DNA from: Moniliella sp. 'wahieum' | Taxonomy: Eukaryota | Direction of reading: 5' to 3' | DNA: 64,000 nt | Assembly (NCBI GenBank): GCA_003971905.1 | Contig: RSEE01000045.1 | Coordinates: 62,001-126,000 of the forward strand | Part shown: positions 25,601-38,246 of the stretch, piece by piece | Layout of the letters: each line of letters begins with the position of its first letter | Numbering within the stretch: position 1 is the stretch's first letter | The notes under the pieces: generated by a model | The model's input: only the letters and a program-made list of their open reading frames with translations | Database searches by the model: none | Told to the model about the DNA's origin: nothing | Made by a program: the position numbers and the translations under genes

Positions 25601-27419
25601 TTTCATGATGCATGATGCATGATGCATGATGCATGATGCGATGAAGCTTGCAGCTAGCTTGCAGGCTGGCGCCATCGATCAGATCATGCATCATGCATTA
25701 TGATCGACATGATGGTGTGCGTTCCAGTGCGATGTTGATCGATGATCGATGATAGGTTGGCGGTACGCGGCACAATCGACCACTATACACTATTGCAAGT
25801 TGCCGTGTTTGCCTCCCCTTCGTCTTGTGTCAGTATGTCAGACAGGCACGCAAGCTTGAAGCTTGAGGCTTGACTCCCTAGTGCTGGACGTCGGTTTGCC
25901 AAGAAATGCGTGTACACTACTCAGATGCCAGCGTAGCCATGTGACCTGTAACCTGGGTGCACGTGACCAGCACCTCCAAGTACCTGCCCCCCCCCTTTGA
26001 CATTGTGCAAATACGCTGCTGGCTCCTGTGCGGGTGGGGCTGCGGGATGTGGGCGCTCAGAATGTGAGGTCATTGACATTGACATGTTGGCATCCGACCT
26101 TCCGCCATCTACCGGCCCTACTCCCTTCCTGTGATTGTCATGCCATCTAGTGAGTCAACAGCCTCTAATGCAGCATTTTCACAATATTCCGCTCTGGCGC
26201 AAATCATGCGTTTTTCCATTGGTGACTAGGGTGTTACAGTCTTGGCAAACGACGAGCTTACAGGTGGCATCTTGGCGCAAGGCATCTCGGCAAAGTGTTT
26301 GTGTGCGTCTGAAAAAGTCGTTGGGCCGCGCTCTGCGGCAGTCTTCCTCTTCTCTCCTTCCTACCCCACATGCTCCTCTCGGTATCGATGTGCGATAGAG
26401 GGCGTTCGCCCCGTAGCTGTTGTGATCGATGATCGGAACGATGATCGATGCGACGATCTTTTCAGCTCCGAACGGGGGGGGGCAATTTGGGCGGGCACGC
26501 GGGCAGGATGTATAGCTGCGAGATGCCCTGGGATGCGCCCCACTGGGATGTCTGCCAACACATTTTTGTCGAAGAAGGTGACGGTAGTCACCTAGTCACC
26601 ACAGGCAGTTGCTAGTCAGAATCCCAGCTCCATTAATTGCCGTATATGGCCAGAGGGTAACCAGGGTACTAAGTACTAACCGGACTATAACTGCGGGAAG
26701 TAGAAGGTCGGTAACCACGAGATCCGCTTGTGCCGATGAGGTCGATGATCGATGTCGATGAGGTCTTAAGCAGGTCGAACGAGGGTGAGTGCAGATCCTT
26801 AATGATTAATGACAGGTGACCTATGCGACAATCCAGACCGTTTGGGGGGGCTGGGGTGGCACTCTCAATGGTAATCGATAAATGATCAACGTGATCAAAG
26901 AGTGACTAGTGACTGAACTTCAGGCCTGAGCGCCTGAGCCTCAGGCCTCAGGCTTCAGGCTGAACGTACTGAGTAAAAGAGAATTCGGGTGTGCTTTTGC
27001 ATGCTGTGTGCACATGGGATGGGTCGTTCAAAATGGGGAAGGTGATCCGGTGATCGTCACTACGTCACCTTCTTTGAAACGGGGTTGAAAGCCAAGAAAG
27101 GGCTGAAATGTTTGCTGTTGGTTCTACCTGCGGCCATATGCATCCCCCTCGAAAATTTTGGATGTGATGATGATCGTGTGACCATACGCAGCACATCATC
27201 AAATGATAGTACATTGGCCAACCCCCCTCTTTTTTCTTCCGAAGGTAGCATGTCGAAGTTAGTACACAGCAACATCCCTTTCAGGAAGGACATTGCCCTG
27301 TCCAAACGTGTATATATAGTCTACAGGGCTCCACCCACATGCCATTCTCCTCATCCCCACCTGCACACTTGGCCTCTTCCCTCCTTTGCCTTTGTCGCCT
27401 CTCTTTCCTCTCGTTCACC

Positions 27420-27901
27420 ATGCAGTTCTCTACCGCTTTCGTTACTGTGGCCGCCGCTGCCGCCTTCGTTTCCGCTGCTGTTATCCCTAAGGTTGACAAC
27501 CGTGACGTTGAGGTGTTCGTCGTGACTGGGGAATCAAGAACATCTTCACTCAGGGCTCCCTCACCTGGTACGCTGGCGAGTCCCTTGCCGCCCCTTCTTG
27601 CGGTGGCCCTGCCCCCAACGACTCGGACCTGGTTGTCGCTGTCGCGTCCGACTCTCCTTCTCGTGCAACGAGTGGGTCCATCTGTATGTTTCCCCCTTCT
27701 TGTTCCCCGCCAAACGTTTCCGTACTGACACACTGTCCGCTTGTTAGCCACTACAACGGCAAGATGATCCCTGCGCAAGTGCGGGACACTTGCGAGGGCT
27801 GCGGCCCGCTCCACTTGGACGCCACCAAGGGCGTTTTCCAGGCTCTCGACCTGCTTGACGTCGGTGTCCTGAGCGACGTGCACGTTGTCTCTTTCTTCTA
27901 A
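27420..27901 (+). CDS. Small secreted expansin-like / RlpA double-psi beta-barrel protein
   Basis: Signal peptide MQFSTAFVTVAAAAAFVSA, then SCGGPAPNDSDLVVAV and VRDTCEGCGPLHLDATKGVFQAL..LDVGVL. One intron at about 27686-27747 (gtatgt..actgac..tag). Confidence 0.85.
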
Positions 27902-28839
27902 GCTGAGACTTTTTCGTTTACATACCGCGTCCGGGTTCCTTTTCGGTTCTTCCTTGAGCTGAAGCATAACTGCTGGCTTTTTCTTTTGCGTCTGTCCCCC
28001 TTCCCCTCTCTGGCCATTTCCACCGAGAGGCAACAAAAGGGCTTTTTGGGCATTGCTTCGCGCTGCCCTTGAACCCCCCTACCTTTGTATACTATGATTC
28101 GGTCTGGTGTTGACCGTATTGGTTTAACAGCCCATTGTGCACATGCCTTCTTTTCTGTGCCGATTGAATGGGTATTCTTCTCTTACGACATGTATACTTT
28201 CTTTATAGTCCCCTTTTATCGCCCACACTCCTGTTTGAGTAAAGGAGTGGGCATCGCTCTGGCTTTTCTCCATCTCTTCTGTGTGGTATAATATCCTCTG
28301 CTGTGATACGTGAAGTCTACATTCTATCCAACATTCCCCTAGGGCTGCACGCGCCAAACTGAACAACAACGCATGCTAAATTCAGCGTCGAAAGCCCAAG
28401 GCAAACAGCACAATAAGGAACGGGATACTTCTGATCTTTGTATATTCTCTCTTCGTGGGTTACTCACCATCCGTTCTCTTCACAGCCAGAGTAATACCTG
28501 ACTGACACAACAATTCTATATGCTTCTTCGTTAGGGGAACAGGCCTGCGACAGCTATCCATCAGCAGAAAATGGGATCCGAGTATCCGCCTTGCCTTTGT
28601 ACTGTCGGCCATGGCTCGATGTACCTTGCATACTTGGCTTGCTATACTATGGGTCCTATGACAGAGAAGGTCAAAGGTAGAAACCAAGATCAATTCATCG
28701 AGACAGACCAAACAAGTATACGAAACAAACACAACAGACACTGTGCAACAACGAGATCTCAAGCAAAAGGAACATTACTATGAACGTTGATCTTACCTGT
28801 TTAAAGTCATCCGTGGTCCAAGCTATTTCAGCCGCTTCT

Positions 28840-28945
28840 CCGACGGATACTCATATTGCCCGACGGATACTCATTCCCGACGGATACTCATTCCCCGACG
28901 GATACTCATTCCCCGACGGATACTCATTCCCCGACGGATACTCAT
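28840..28945 (+). repeat. About 18-bp tandem minisatellite, 6 copies of core CCGACGGATACTCAT
   Basis: CGACGG unit starts at 28841, 28861, 28878, 28896, 28914 and 28932. Confidence 0.95.
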
Positions 28946-29169
28946 CACGTCTTTTTCTTATCCCGATCACTTCACTCGTTCAGTTGCTTCCCATTCGAGT
29001 TGGCTTGATGCAATAATATGCGGGTACCAAATGGCACATGGGGTAGCACTACCGCCGTCAGTGCAGGAGCGGGGACAGATTGCACATGGAAAATCACTGA
29101 GATGGATGGCTCAGCACCCATGCTGTTGGAGACGGGGCATCATCATGCATCACAACCCACCAAAGACAA

Positions 29170-30033
29170 CGTTACGGGGCGCTCCGGTTATCTCCGGACG
29201 CTGAGCCGCGCATGTCGTAGACATCTCATCCAAACACGCGTCTCAGTCATGTTAGACTAGCGAGTGAGAGCCATCCGACATCTTGTCCATGCTGCGGATA
29301 TCACCCGCCGCCCGCCATGGTCGCATGGGGTTATCGGTACGATGCTTTCTGCCCGTTGCATCCAGTCTTCGCAGAACCCTTTTCCTGCTGCGCCCGACTA
29401 CGCAGCGTCAGTGCGTTTGAGAGCATGGGATGTGCATTATAGTCTTTGCCTCTCTGGAAAGTGCCCCGCATTCTGTCTATACCTGTCATGAGGCACTTGA
29501 GGCCTCGTTCCTTCTGTTATATATAAGTAGCCATGTCTAAGGCTTGCTAGCTGTGGTCCTGGTCGACCATCCTGTCTTTGGTCTCCCCGACTCCCCGTTC
29601 CTCTCTCGCCCTCCCACCTTCTACCGCCCTTACGCTTATGAATTTACGACTTACGTTGAGTACGCTACAAGCCGCGGTTACTTTCATCAGTAGCGCTTGC
29701 TCTCTTTAGGACTCTGTCGGTTCCTGCCTACTAACTACAGCGTACCGAGTGTGGTACCGCTGCGAGGAACAGAGTAACTTCGGAGCTCCTAGACCCCTTC
29801 AACTGGGCTGACGACTTACGTACGCGGCTCCAACCTCGGAGGGTCTGAGCTGCATCTGGGCCTTTGCACAGGCAGCCGCCCAAAGTAAAGGGTTCCTCCC
29901 TCGCCTCTACACCCGCTCAGTTCAACCAGCATCTGAAGCAGGACCTAACGTACGAGATACCGATTGGCCTGTCCAAGGGTTTATACCCCCTTAAACTACG
30001 GGAGGGTCCCACCTCGGAACTCCCCCCATGACA
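29170..30033 (+). mobile_element. Solo LTR (864 bp), same family as 8706-9310, degenerate TSD GACAA/GACGA
   Basis: Starts CGTTACGGGG (TG mutated to CG) and ends CCCCATGACA. First ~55 bp and last ~430 bp align with the other copy. Flanks GACAA (29165-29169) and GACGA (30034-30038). TATATAA near 29518-29526. Confidence 0.85.
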
Positions 30034-32011
30034 GACGAGAGGCACCTCGCCCTCTGCTCGACCGGCACACTGCGACGGGGTATTGGAGCGACAGAGATGC
30101 ATCGAGGAAACCGCATCAGCACCACACACATCGTCGTCGTACGATACACTGGAACGTTCATCGTGCTACCTGATGAGACCTGGAGTCCTGATGGTTCTCG
30201 AGGGTGATGCAATCGCACTGGTGGTGGTGGTGTGGCAACCAGCAATGCCCACAGAGGAACATCAAGCAGCGAGTCGCCATCAGGGGCTAAGCGGGACAAG
30301 GGGGAAAACAGGAGAGGGGAAACAGCGGAACTCCTATTAGGCCTGAGTAACCCAACCCTAGCTCAACACTACCATGCTAAGCGCTAACCCTCCCCCCCAT
30401 CCGCTGAGCGTGAAGACGTGGCTTGACTATAATGTGTTGGGCATACCGCAAAGTCCCTTCCGACTGTGTTCTTCACCGCTCCACCGTCGCAACCCCCCCC
30501 CTTGTCGCTGGGGATGTGACGATGACCATCCCGACTGCCGCATTCGCTTTCAACAGCCACACAGGAGCGCTGAAGCGCATGTGCGTTTATACTCCTCTGA
30601 CTGCCAAAAGCCTCTTTTTCAGTTTATTGACGATGCATGGAGAACAGTAACTAGTAATACCCGCGCTACTATCCGTTATCAACCACCGCTTATTTGCCAC
30701 CACAAAACGTGGCATATATGACGTTGACCACATCAGGGTTCGTTCAGGTCGCAGGACTCACCGTCCGTGCGGTTGTGCCCCTTCAAGCTTCACCCCTTGC
30801 TCGTTGCGGTGTAGAAAAATAGGTAAAAGCAAAAATTATAGACGTTTCAGTACTATATATATAGGCTCTGCGCCTCTCGACTAATATTCTCGCTGCCTTC
30901 AATCGGCTGCTGCTCACATGTCACACCGTTTGCTGCAGTATAGAAGTTTTGTGCTTCTCCACAGGCGAGCGAAGCAAAGCCCGTTGATAGAGGTGATGAA
31001 TCTATATATATAGATCCTATAATACATACACCTAGGACGACTCCTTGGGGCTTGACCCCTTCACCAGCAAAAGATCATCGAGATTGACGCAGCCGTGAGC
31101 TTCTGCGTCTATAGAATGAGGTTAATGAGGGAGGCGCATAGGTAAAGCTTATACTACTACTATAGAACGGCAAAATGACATATAGGAAAACGCTTTATCG
31201 CCCACACTATATATTGGTCTCGCTCGTCCGGAATTTTGTTGCGACGAGGACAAATGAGTTGCCTATCGTGTGGTGCACCTCTGCCTGCAGTGAGGCGCGC
31301 GTGGCCATATATACGTCCCCTGCAGCTGCTCTCCCCCGCAATCGATCGTTTGATATGCGTTTCGCTCCTCTGTTGTGTCTCTATATACGCTTTTTCCAGA
31401 GTGTACACAATCCATTACTTTATTCGTGGCTACGCTAAAGGCATGGCCAGCATAGGTGAACGTGTGGACGCGGTAGTCCAACACGGACAATCTCAGGCAT
31501 GCATCTTTTGACACGGGGGGGTGTCGACAGAGTTTGTTGCGCTTGGCCAGGGAGCGCTGACTTGGCCTTATCAATTATCGATCATCCACCGCCGTTTGAA
31601 CGAACGGCATTAGGAGGTGACATTGACACCCGCTCACGTGCTGTATAGTCACTGGGTACGCTACCCATCATCCTTCCTCTTGCGGCGTGGAGAAGCACTG
31701 TTCCCGAGGGCGTCCTGCTACCCTTATGATATGCAGCGTGTCCGGCGGCCTTCGCGGGGGCTAGTTTGACGTTGATGACGACGACGGGGCCGTGCCCAAC
31801 ACGCTTGCACATCTGCTGCATGTATGTAAGTGTGGCGTACGGTGGAGGATGGGAGGATTGGATGGATGGGGTGCGCAAGGGATGAGAGAGCCGTCTGCCT
31901 GTCTGCGATGGGGTGTGATTGCGGGGACGGCGGGGGGCAGAGGGGCATGCTGCGCCGGGCGTCTGCGGTGTCCCGCCATGCGTGCGGCGCTAAGCAGGCA
32001 GCGGTGAGGGC

Positions 32012-35000
32012 GATGGGTGATGGGATACTGCGCTGGCTCTCTTCGCGCTGCGACGCATCCAAGACATACATGCTCAGGAGGTCCGGCGACGCAGCCGAGC
32101 GCCCAGCTGGGAGGCCAGCAGCCCCAGACGCAGGCGCTCGTCAGGGGGCATCCGGAGCACAACATCCCTCCTCCCTCGTCCATCCGCACCATCATCGCCA
32201 TCGCCACTGCTCCCCCCGCCCCCACCCTCACCCTCACCACCACCACGCCCCCCTCGCCCGCACACCAGTTCGCTCTGCTGCACTGCTCCTGCGTGCTGCC
32301 TCTGCATCTGAGCTCTGAGCCGCCGCCACCGCCGCCGCCATGGGCTCCCGCTCGCACCAGCATCGGTCCCACCCCGCCGCGGCCTCTGACCCTTCCTCAG
32401 CTCCTGCCCCTGCCTCCACTTCGGCTACCCCCGCTCTCGCCCCCGCCGCTCCTCCAGCCTCCACGGCCGTGGCCCACAAGCACAGTGACCCCACTCTCGC
32501 CCCTCCGCGCCGCCGACATGCCAAGGACCCGCCCCCTGACGCCCCAACGTCCTCTGGCAGTAAGCTCAAAAACCGCATCATGGCCCTTTTGAAGCTACCC
32601 GCACCGAGGCCAACACGTACAGCCAGTACTTTAAGGCCCGCGCTCGCATTGACCGTTCCTACGCCGACCAGTTGTGCGAGCTCAATCGCTGTACGTTTGA
32701 GCGACCCTCGTCCGACACTAATCCCAAGCGCCACCTAAATCAGCTTGTTCTGGGTTTCCCGACCGGCCCATCAGCGATTCGTCATTTGCGTCCATCTGGA
32801 CGCCGCTGCGCCAGCTTGATCTGACCGAGGCCAAACAGCACCGGGAGCGTGCCACACAACTGGAAGGGGAACTGAAAAAATTCGACGAATGGATTCGCGT
32901 CCAAGACAAGCGCCATGGTGACACTGGTACCCGCATCGAGGACTCCATACTCAAGTACGCTGAGCACCTCGACCATGTTAAACAAGTGCGCCAACGGTAC
33001 CTAGAGATCTGTCAAGTGTATGACTATCGCCAGGAAGAGAGCCCCAACCCCCCACACATGACTCTGCAGCCGCTCGACCCTTGTCCTCCTCCCCTCGCCG
33101 ATCCCCTCCTGCATCCGAAGCTCGTCCGACAGGAGTTATGCCCGATGCCGAAACTTTGGTCGACGAGGGAGACCCGCGCTCTCGTAACATTTTGGATACC
33201 CTCCTCACCAAGGAGGGCCGTGACTCGGCCCGTCGCGAAGCGGCCAAGAAGACCAATCCGTTCTCTTGGGTAAGGCCAAGCCGTCCGATTCTGGCATGGG
33301 AGCCACTTCGACTTCGTCTGCCATCGCTCCCACGGCGTTCGGCCTCAATTCCGACGCCGCTAGTCTCTCCAATTCGGTCACTTCCCACGCGGCAGGAGAG
33401 CGGGGAGGATTGCCCCCACGGGGCGGCGGGACTGGGGTGGAATTGCTAGACACCGCTCATGAGGCAGGCCAGGAAACGGCCCGACAAGGACCGTATCGAT
33501 GCGCTCTACCGCCGGGAGGTTTCGGAACTGGAGCTCTTTCGTCGGCAGCGGCAAAACGAGCTGATAACAGCCCGCGAGAAGTGCATTCTTTTCCACATTG
33601 AACTGGGCAATTTCGTCGCCGCCTTGTGTCGCAGTACCGAAAAGACTTCGCTTGACATGCTCTGCTTTCTATACAAGTGAGGCAGACGGGGCTTGAAAAC
33701 GCCCAGAAGGCATGGATCGACTTGGTGGGCAGCCAACGTGCCAACCGCAAAGAACCCACATACCCTGTCGATGGTCGCACTCCATGGACGGATGATGACA
33801 CGGATGCCGCTACGTTCCAAAGTAAGTTCCCTCAAGATTTGGACGTACCTCCTGTATACTACTCCAATTAGTACGTTTCCTCTTTCTGCTTTGCTCAAGT
33901 CCAAAGTACTTACATTACCCTAGCTGGCACGGCGAGTATCGTGATTTGCAGTTTGGTGTGCCACTTGCCGACTACGCGTACAACCACAATGCGTTTGATC
34001 GACCGCCCGTGATGGTACGCAAGTGCCTTGCCTTTCTCAACGAGCACGCGCTTGACACGTCCGGCCTCTACCGCACGGTGGGCAACCGCAAGTCGGTTGA
34101 AGCCATGGCTAGCGCAGTGGAACGAGATGAGCAGGCGTTCCAGTTTTACCCTTCTTCAGACAGTATGGTCGTGGCGAGTTTGCTCAAGCTCTACCTACGG
34201 CAACTGCCCATTCCACTCGTTAGTTTGACGGCCAAGACAATCAAAGAGTACAAGGAATACCGCTCAGCATCCAATGCTGAGAAGGTGGTTGCCGATTCTC
34301 ACAAAGAATCGCGCGATTTGTATCCTCACCTTACGCTTCTCAAGAAGAAGATTGACGACCTTTTGACTGTGCACAAAGTCACACTCCGCGCCGTCCTGGA
34401 GCATCTTGGCCTTGTCGCGGCCAATGCCGCCAAGAACAAAATGGATGCTCACAATCTCGCTCGGATCTTTGGGCCCGTGATTATTGGGATCAAGCCTGAA
34501 GCCACCAATAAACAGTCTGAACGTTCGGATAACGGGTCTTCATATCAATTGCCAATAAACGAGCCGCCCACGGAAGTGGCTTCGAAACACGAGATGGTCA
34601 ACCTTGATACGGCCAACAACATCATGGAAGACATGATCTGCCACACCGAGTTTCTCTTTCCGGCTCTTCCACAATCCCTTGCAACAGCGCTACCGGCCCC
34701 TTCTCAGCCCAATGCCCCCTTGAGTGCCCAAGCACATATTTCCCACAACCAAGCCGAATCAAAGCCAAACCTCAGCCTGCCCCGTCTGGTTTACCGTCAT
34801 ATGAAGCTCCCACGGGAGGAGCTGCTACCCCACCCACGGCTGGAGGAGCCGTTGCCGTGACGCAAGGACCGCCGAATTATTACGCTCCTTCCGTCCCCGC
34901 CAATCGAGGGGGACCTTTGGTGGCCTCGGCCACCGTCGGCCCCGAGTCAAAGCTATCCGCTATGTCTGTGCCGTTCCAATCGCCGCGCACGGGAGGACCC

Positions 35001-35942
35001 GAAACACTCATTCGCACGGGGCATGTCAAGACGCAATCATTGCATGAAACTCCAGCCCGCATGATGGCAACCCGGGCGGCGGTCCCTCCGGTGGGAGGAG
35101 AAACCCGTCGATCCTCGGTGGATATGATTGGAGAGGCAACGGTTCGGCCTGCGCATCCCAAGGTCGCTGACGCCCCGCGTCCTCTTAGTGCAGCGGCAAG
35201 CTACCATAACCGATCTATTCACCCATCCAACAGCGCACCGACACCACCTTTACTTGAAGGCACCCCGCCTGCCCCGATCCCGGCACCTAGGGTCAGCTCG
35301 ACGACCCATTTAGTACACGGCGATCCCTGCGTTCCTCCCCCTCCTGTGCCTAAGGATGACATTCTGATGACCGTTCCTGAAACGTTTATCCCCCTCAGCC
35401 GGGACAAGGGACCTCGTCCATGCAACAGTCACCCATCAGGGAAAGCCCCATCTCCCCTTCAAGCCCGCCCCGTACGGGGCCTTCATCCGGCGGGTGCTCC
35501 GGTTCGTCGGGACACGATGCTTGGTCCATGCGGGGTCAAGCCGGGGTCGGGGGTGTCGGGTGGGTCGGGCGGTTCTGCGGCTGCAGAAGTGGGGACGGGT
35601 ACGGGTACGCGGACGACGGCTTCACCACGCAACTCGATGCTGCCTCCCTCAACGTTACCACCCTTGTCATCTCAGCCTCCCCCGCTGCCACCTTCGTTCC
35701 CGATGCCGGCTCCCCCTTCGGGCCCACCTTATCGCCGTCAAAATGTGGCCGATTGGCCGGGCGGCCCTGTGGTGGAGCTGCACCCGCCTCGTGTGGCCGC
35801 CGAGCCTTCGTTGGTCGAAGACACGTGGGTCACAGGCAGCACCGAAGGACACCACCCTCCTTCGTTGTGTCCTGGGTCGAACGACCATGGAATGTGGACC
35901 ATGTCTCGGACGTCGAGCACGACCCATTCGATTGGCCACTGA
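32012..35942 (+). CDS. Rho GTPase-activating protein; helical (possibly F-BAR, Rgd1-like) N-terminal region and long Pro-rich tail
   Basis: RhoGAP motifs FGVPL, PVMVRKCL, GLYRTVGN, VASLLKLYLRQLPIPL and NKMDAHNLARIFGPVI in ORF 33946-34860. Charged helical segments at 32800-33700. Start uncertain. Confidence 0.85.
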
Positions 35943-36520
35943 GTTTGGTGTGGGGCCCGCGGCGGGGCGGGTGAGCGCGGGCTGGGTTCCTTTCTTCTTT
36001 TTCTCTGTTCTGCGTCCTTGGGGTTGGTTGGTGGTGGGGGGGTGTTGACCTCTGTTTGGATCGCTCCATCTTGGTGGGGGAAGGAGCCATTACCCTGTTC
36101 TTTCTTTCCTTCCCCCCTTTTTAACAGCCACGATTTCGAACAATGGCTTCATCACGGGAGGGTTGGCTGCGCTGCCTGGTCCATAGCCCCAGAGCAGGCG
36201 GGGGGCGAGCGGGGGAGGTAGATCGATGGGCAGCGCGACAGACAGACCAGCGAGAGCCAGCGTGGTCTGCCGAAGGAAGACAGGCCCGTGCGGCTGCTGG
36301 GAGCAGCCGGATGGACTGACTACACCTGCACGTGACCCACTGGACGGCCTGCTGCGGGCCGAAGCAGGGCGAAACAGGCCCACACTCGCCCGTGCGGGGT
36401 GGGGCAGCAACCCTACCCGCCAGGCCGCTCGCCTAGCGTGGCCCCTCAGCGATCGATGAGCTACAACAACCAGCCGGCTCGGCGCCGCCTTCCCCTCCCC
36501 CACCTCTGCCCCGCCCCGCC

Positions 36521-37145
36521 ATGGCTACCATCGACAACGTTACCGCAGCGCTCCACGACGTGCACGTGTCGGAGGAGGTGGCCAACCGCGCCGAGCGCAA
36601 GAGCCGCAAAGCGCTCCAGGGCCTGGGCCTGGTGCGCGTGCCCGGCATTGCGCGCATTGCCATGCGGCGCAACCGCGGCCACCTGTACGTGATCAGCAAC
36701 CCAGAGGTGTACAAGTCGCCCATTACCGACTCGTATGTCATCTTTGGTGAGGGCAAGGTCGAGGACCCGAACCAGCAGCAGCTTGCGCTCCAGGCTGCCC
36801 AGCAGCAACAGCAGCAGCTCATGCAGATGCAGCAGGCCGCCGCTGCCGAGGGGGCTGGCGGTGACTTCTCGGCCCAAGCCGAGGCGCTGCTCCCCGATTC
36901 CAAGAAACCCGAGGCACCCGAGGATGATGAGGAGCCCATCGAGACCGGGGATGTGAACGAGACCGACATTGAGCTGGTCATGAATCAGGCCCACACGACG
37001 CGCAACCGTGCAATCAAGGCGTTGCAAGAGGCAGATGGTGACCTGGTATGTTTTCCGTGCGCCCTCCCCCCCTCTCCACCTTGGTTTGCTAACGAAGCTT
37101 GCTTGTATATGCCAGATCAATGCCATCATGAATGCCACCGCATAA
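36521..37145 (+). CDS. EGD2: Nascent polypeptide-associated complex alpha subunit
   Basis: NRAERKSRKAL, ISNPEVYKSP..DSYVIFGEGKVED, UBA-like DIELVMNQA..AIKALQEADGDL. Intron 37046-37115 (gtatgt..gctaac..cag), then INAIMNATA-stop. Confidence 0.97.
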
Positions 37146-38246
37146 AGTGTCTCTCTGGAGAGCACCTTACTTCCCTGGCCCTGTCCCACTGGGTGGCGCC
37201 CCTGGCGTGCCCGGCTAGGACCTGTGGCCGTCCATGTTCTATGCCACGCAACCCCTTTCATGTCGGTCTGTCGAGCTGAACGTTCATTCTGTTACCGTTG
37301 TGCTCGTAGTCCGCCCGGCATTTACCCTGACATACTTGCATAGTACCGCTCTACTCTCCATCGGCTGGGACTTCCCCCACAGGATATGACGTCTCCCTCC
37401 CCACCCCCCTCCCAAGCCGCACAGGCCTTTTAGTGGAAAATGGGGGAAAAGAGGGCGGGTTGTTCGGTGGAAGTTCCCCACGTCCGTGAATCAGGACCGA
37501 GTGGTCACCGCGGTTGTGGAGAGGCTACAGCAAAGAGGGGCAGCGGGAGACAAGTATGGAGAGCCTGAGACGATAGCCCAGGAGTGGCGACCCGATCACG
37601 GAGGTGCGGGGCATAGAAGCTGCCTGGCGATCATTGTTTCTATCCCTTTGCGATTCCCCGCATCCCACCCGACTAGTTAGGACCAGCCTGCCCATCCACA
37701 TGCATCTGGCCAACTTGTCTTGATTGAGAACCTGAGCTGCGGATATACTCAGGCCCAATCCCGCTGTGGTTATATTGATTGCAGCCGAAGCTGAGCCAGA
37801 ACGTGCTGAGTGGCGCAATGCGGAGAGAGCAGGCGAGTTACAAAGCTGGGAGCCCGCGTCGTCGACAATGAGCGACAGAACCCAACGGGGTGGGGGGGGG
37901 AGGGATACGGGCGCAGCCATGCTGCTCGTGTTGAGGATGTCTGCCCAGTCTGCGGCGTATCCCCTGGTACAAGGCAAGTGCGAGCGCAGGTACAGGGGGT
38001 TGAACGGTGTTGGACGGGAATGGACACAGGAATTATACAGGTACCCGTGGGGTGGAGTGCAGCCTGGTGCCGCGCTGGGGTTGGCGGTTAGCGCGTGACG
38101 CGTGAGGCGCGAGTGCTTATATTATAGCAGCAGCCATGGCTGCAAGTTTAAATCGAGTTGGTTCGACGTGTTCAACGTTCAACGTTCAACCTCCTGGCCG
38201 CCACCACCTCGCCCCAGCCCCTGGAGCGCCTCCACTTGTGCTGGGC

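Noticed and set aside
28840..28945. CRISPR array
   Set aside because: No unique spacers, eukaryotic context and no cas genes; this is a plain minisatellite.
37284..38027. Minus-strand ORFs between EGD2 and the EamA gene as a protein gene
   Set aside because: No recognisable family motif; cannot be supported without a homology search.
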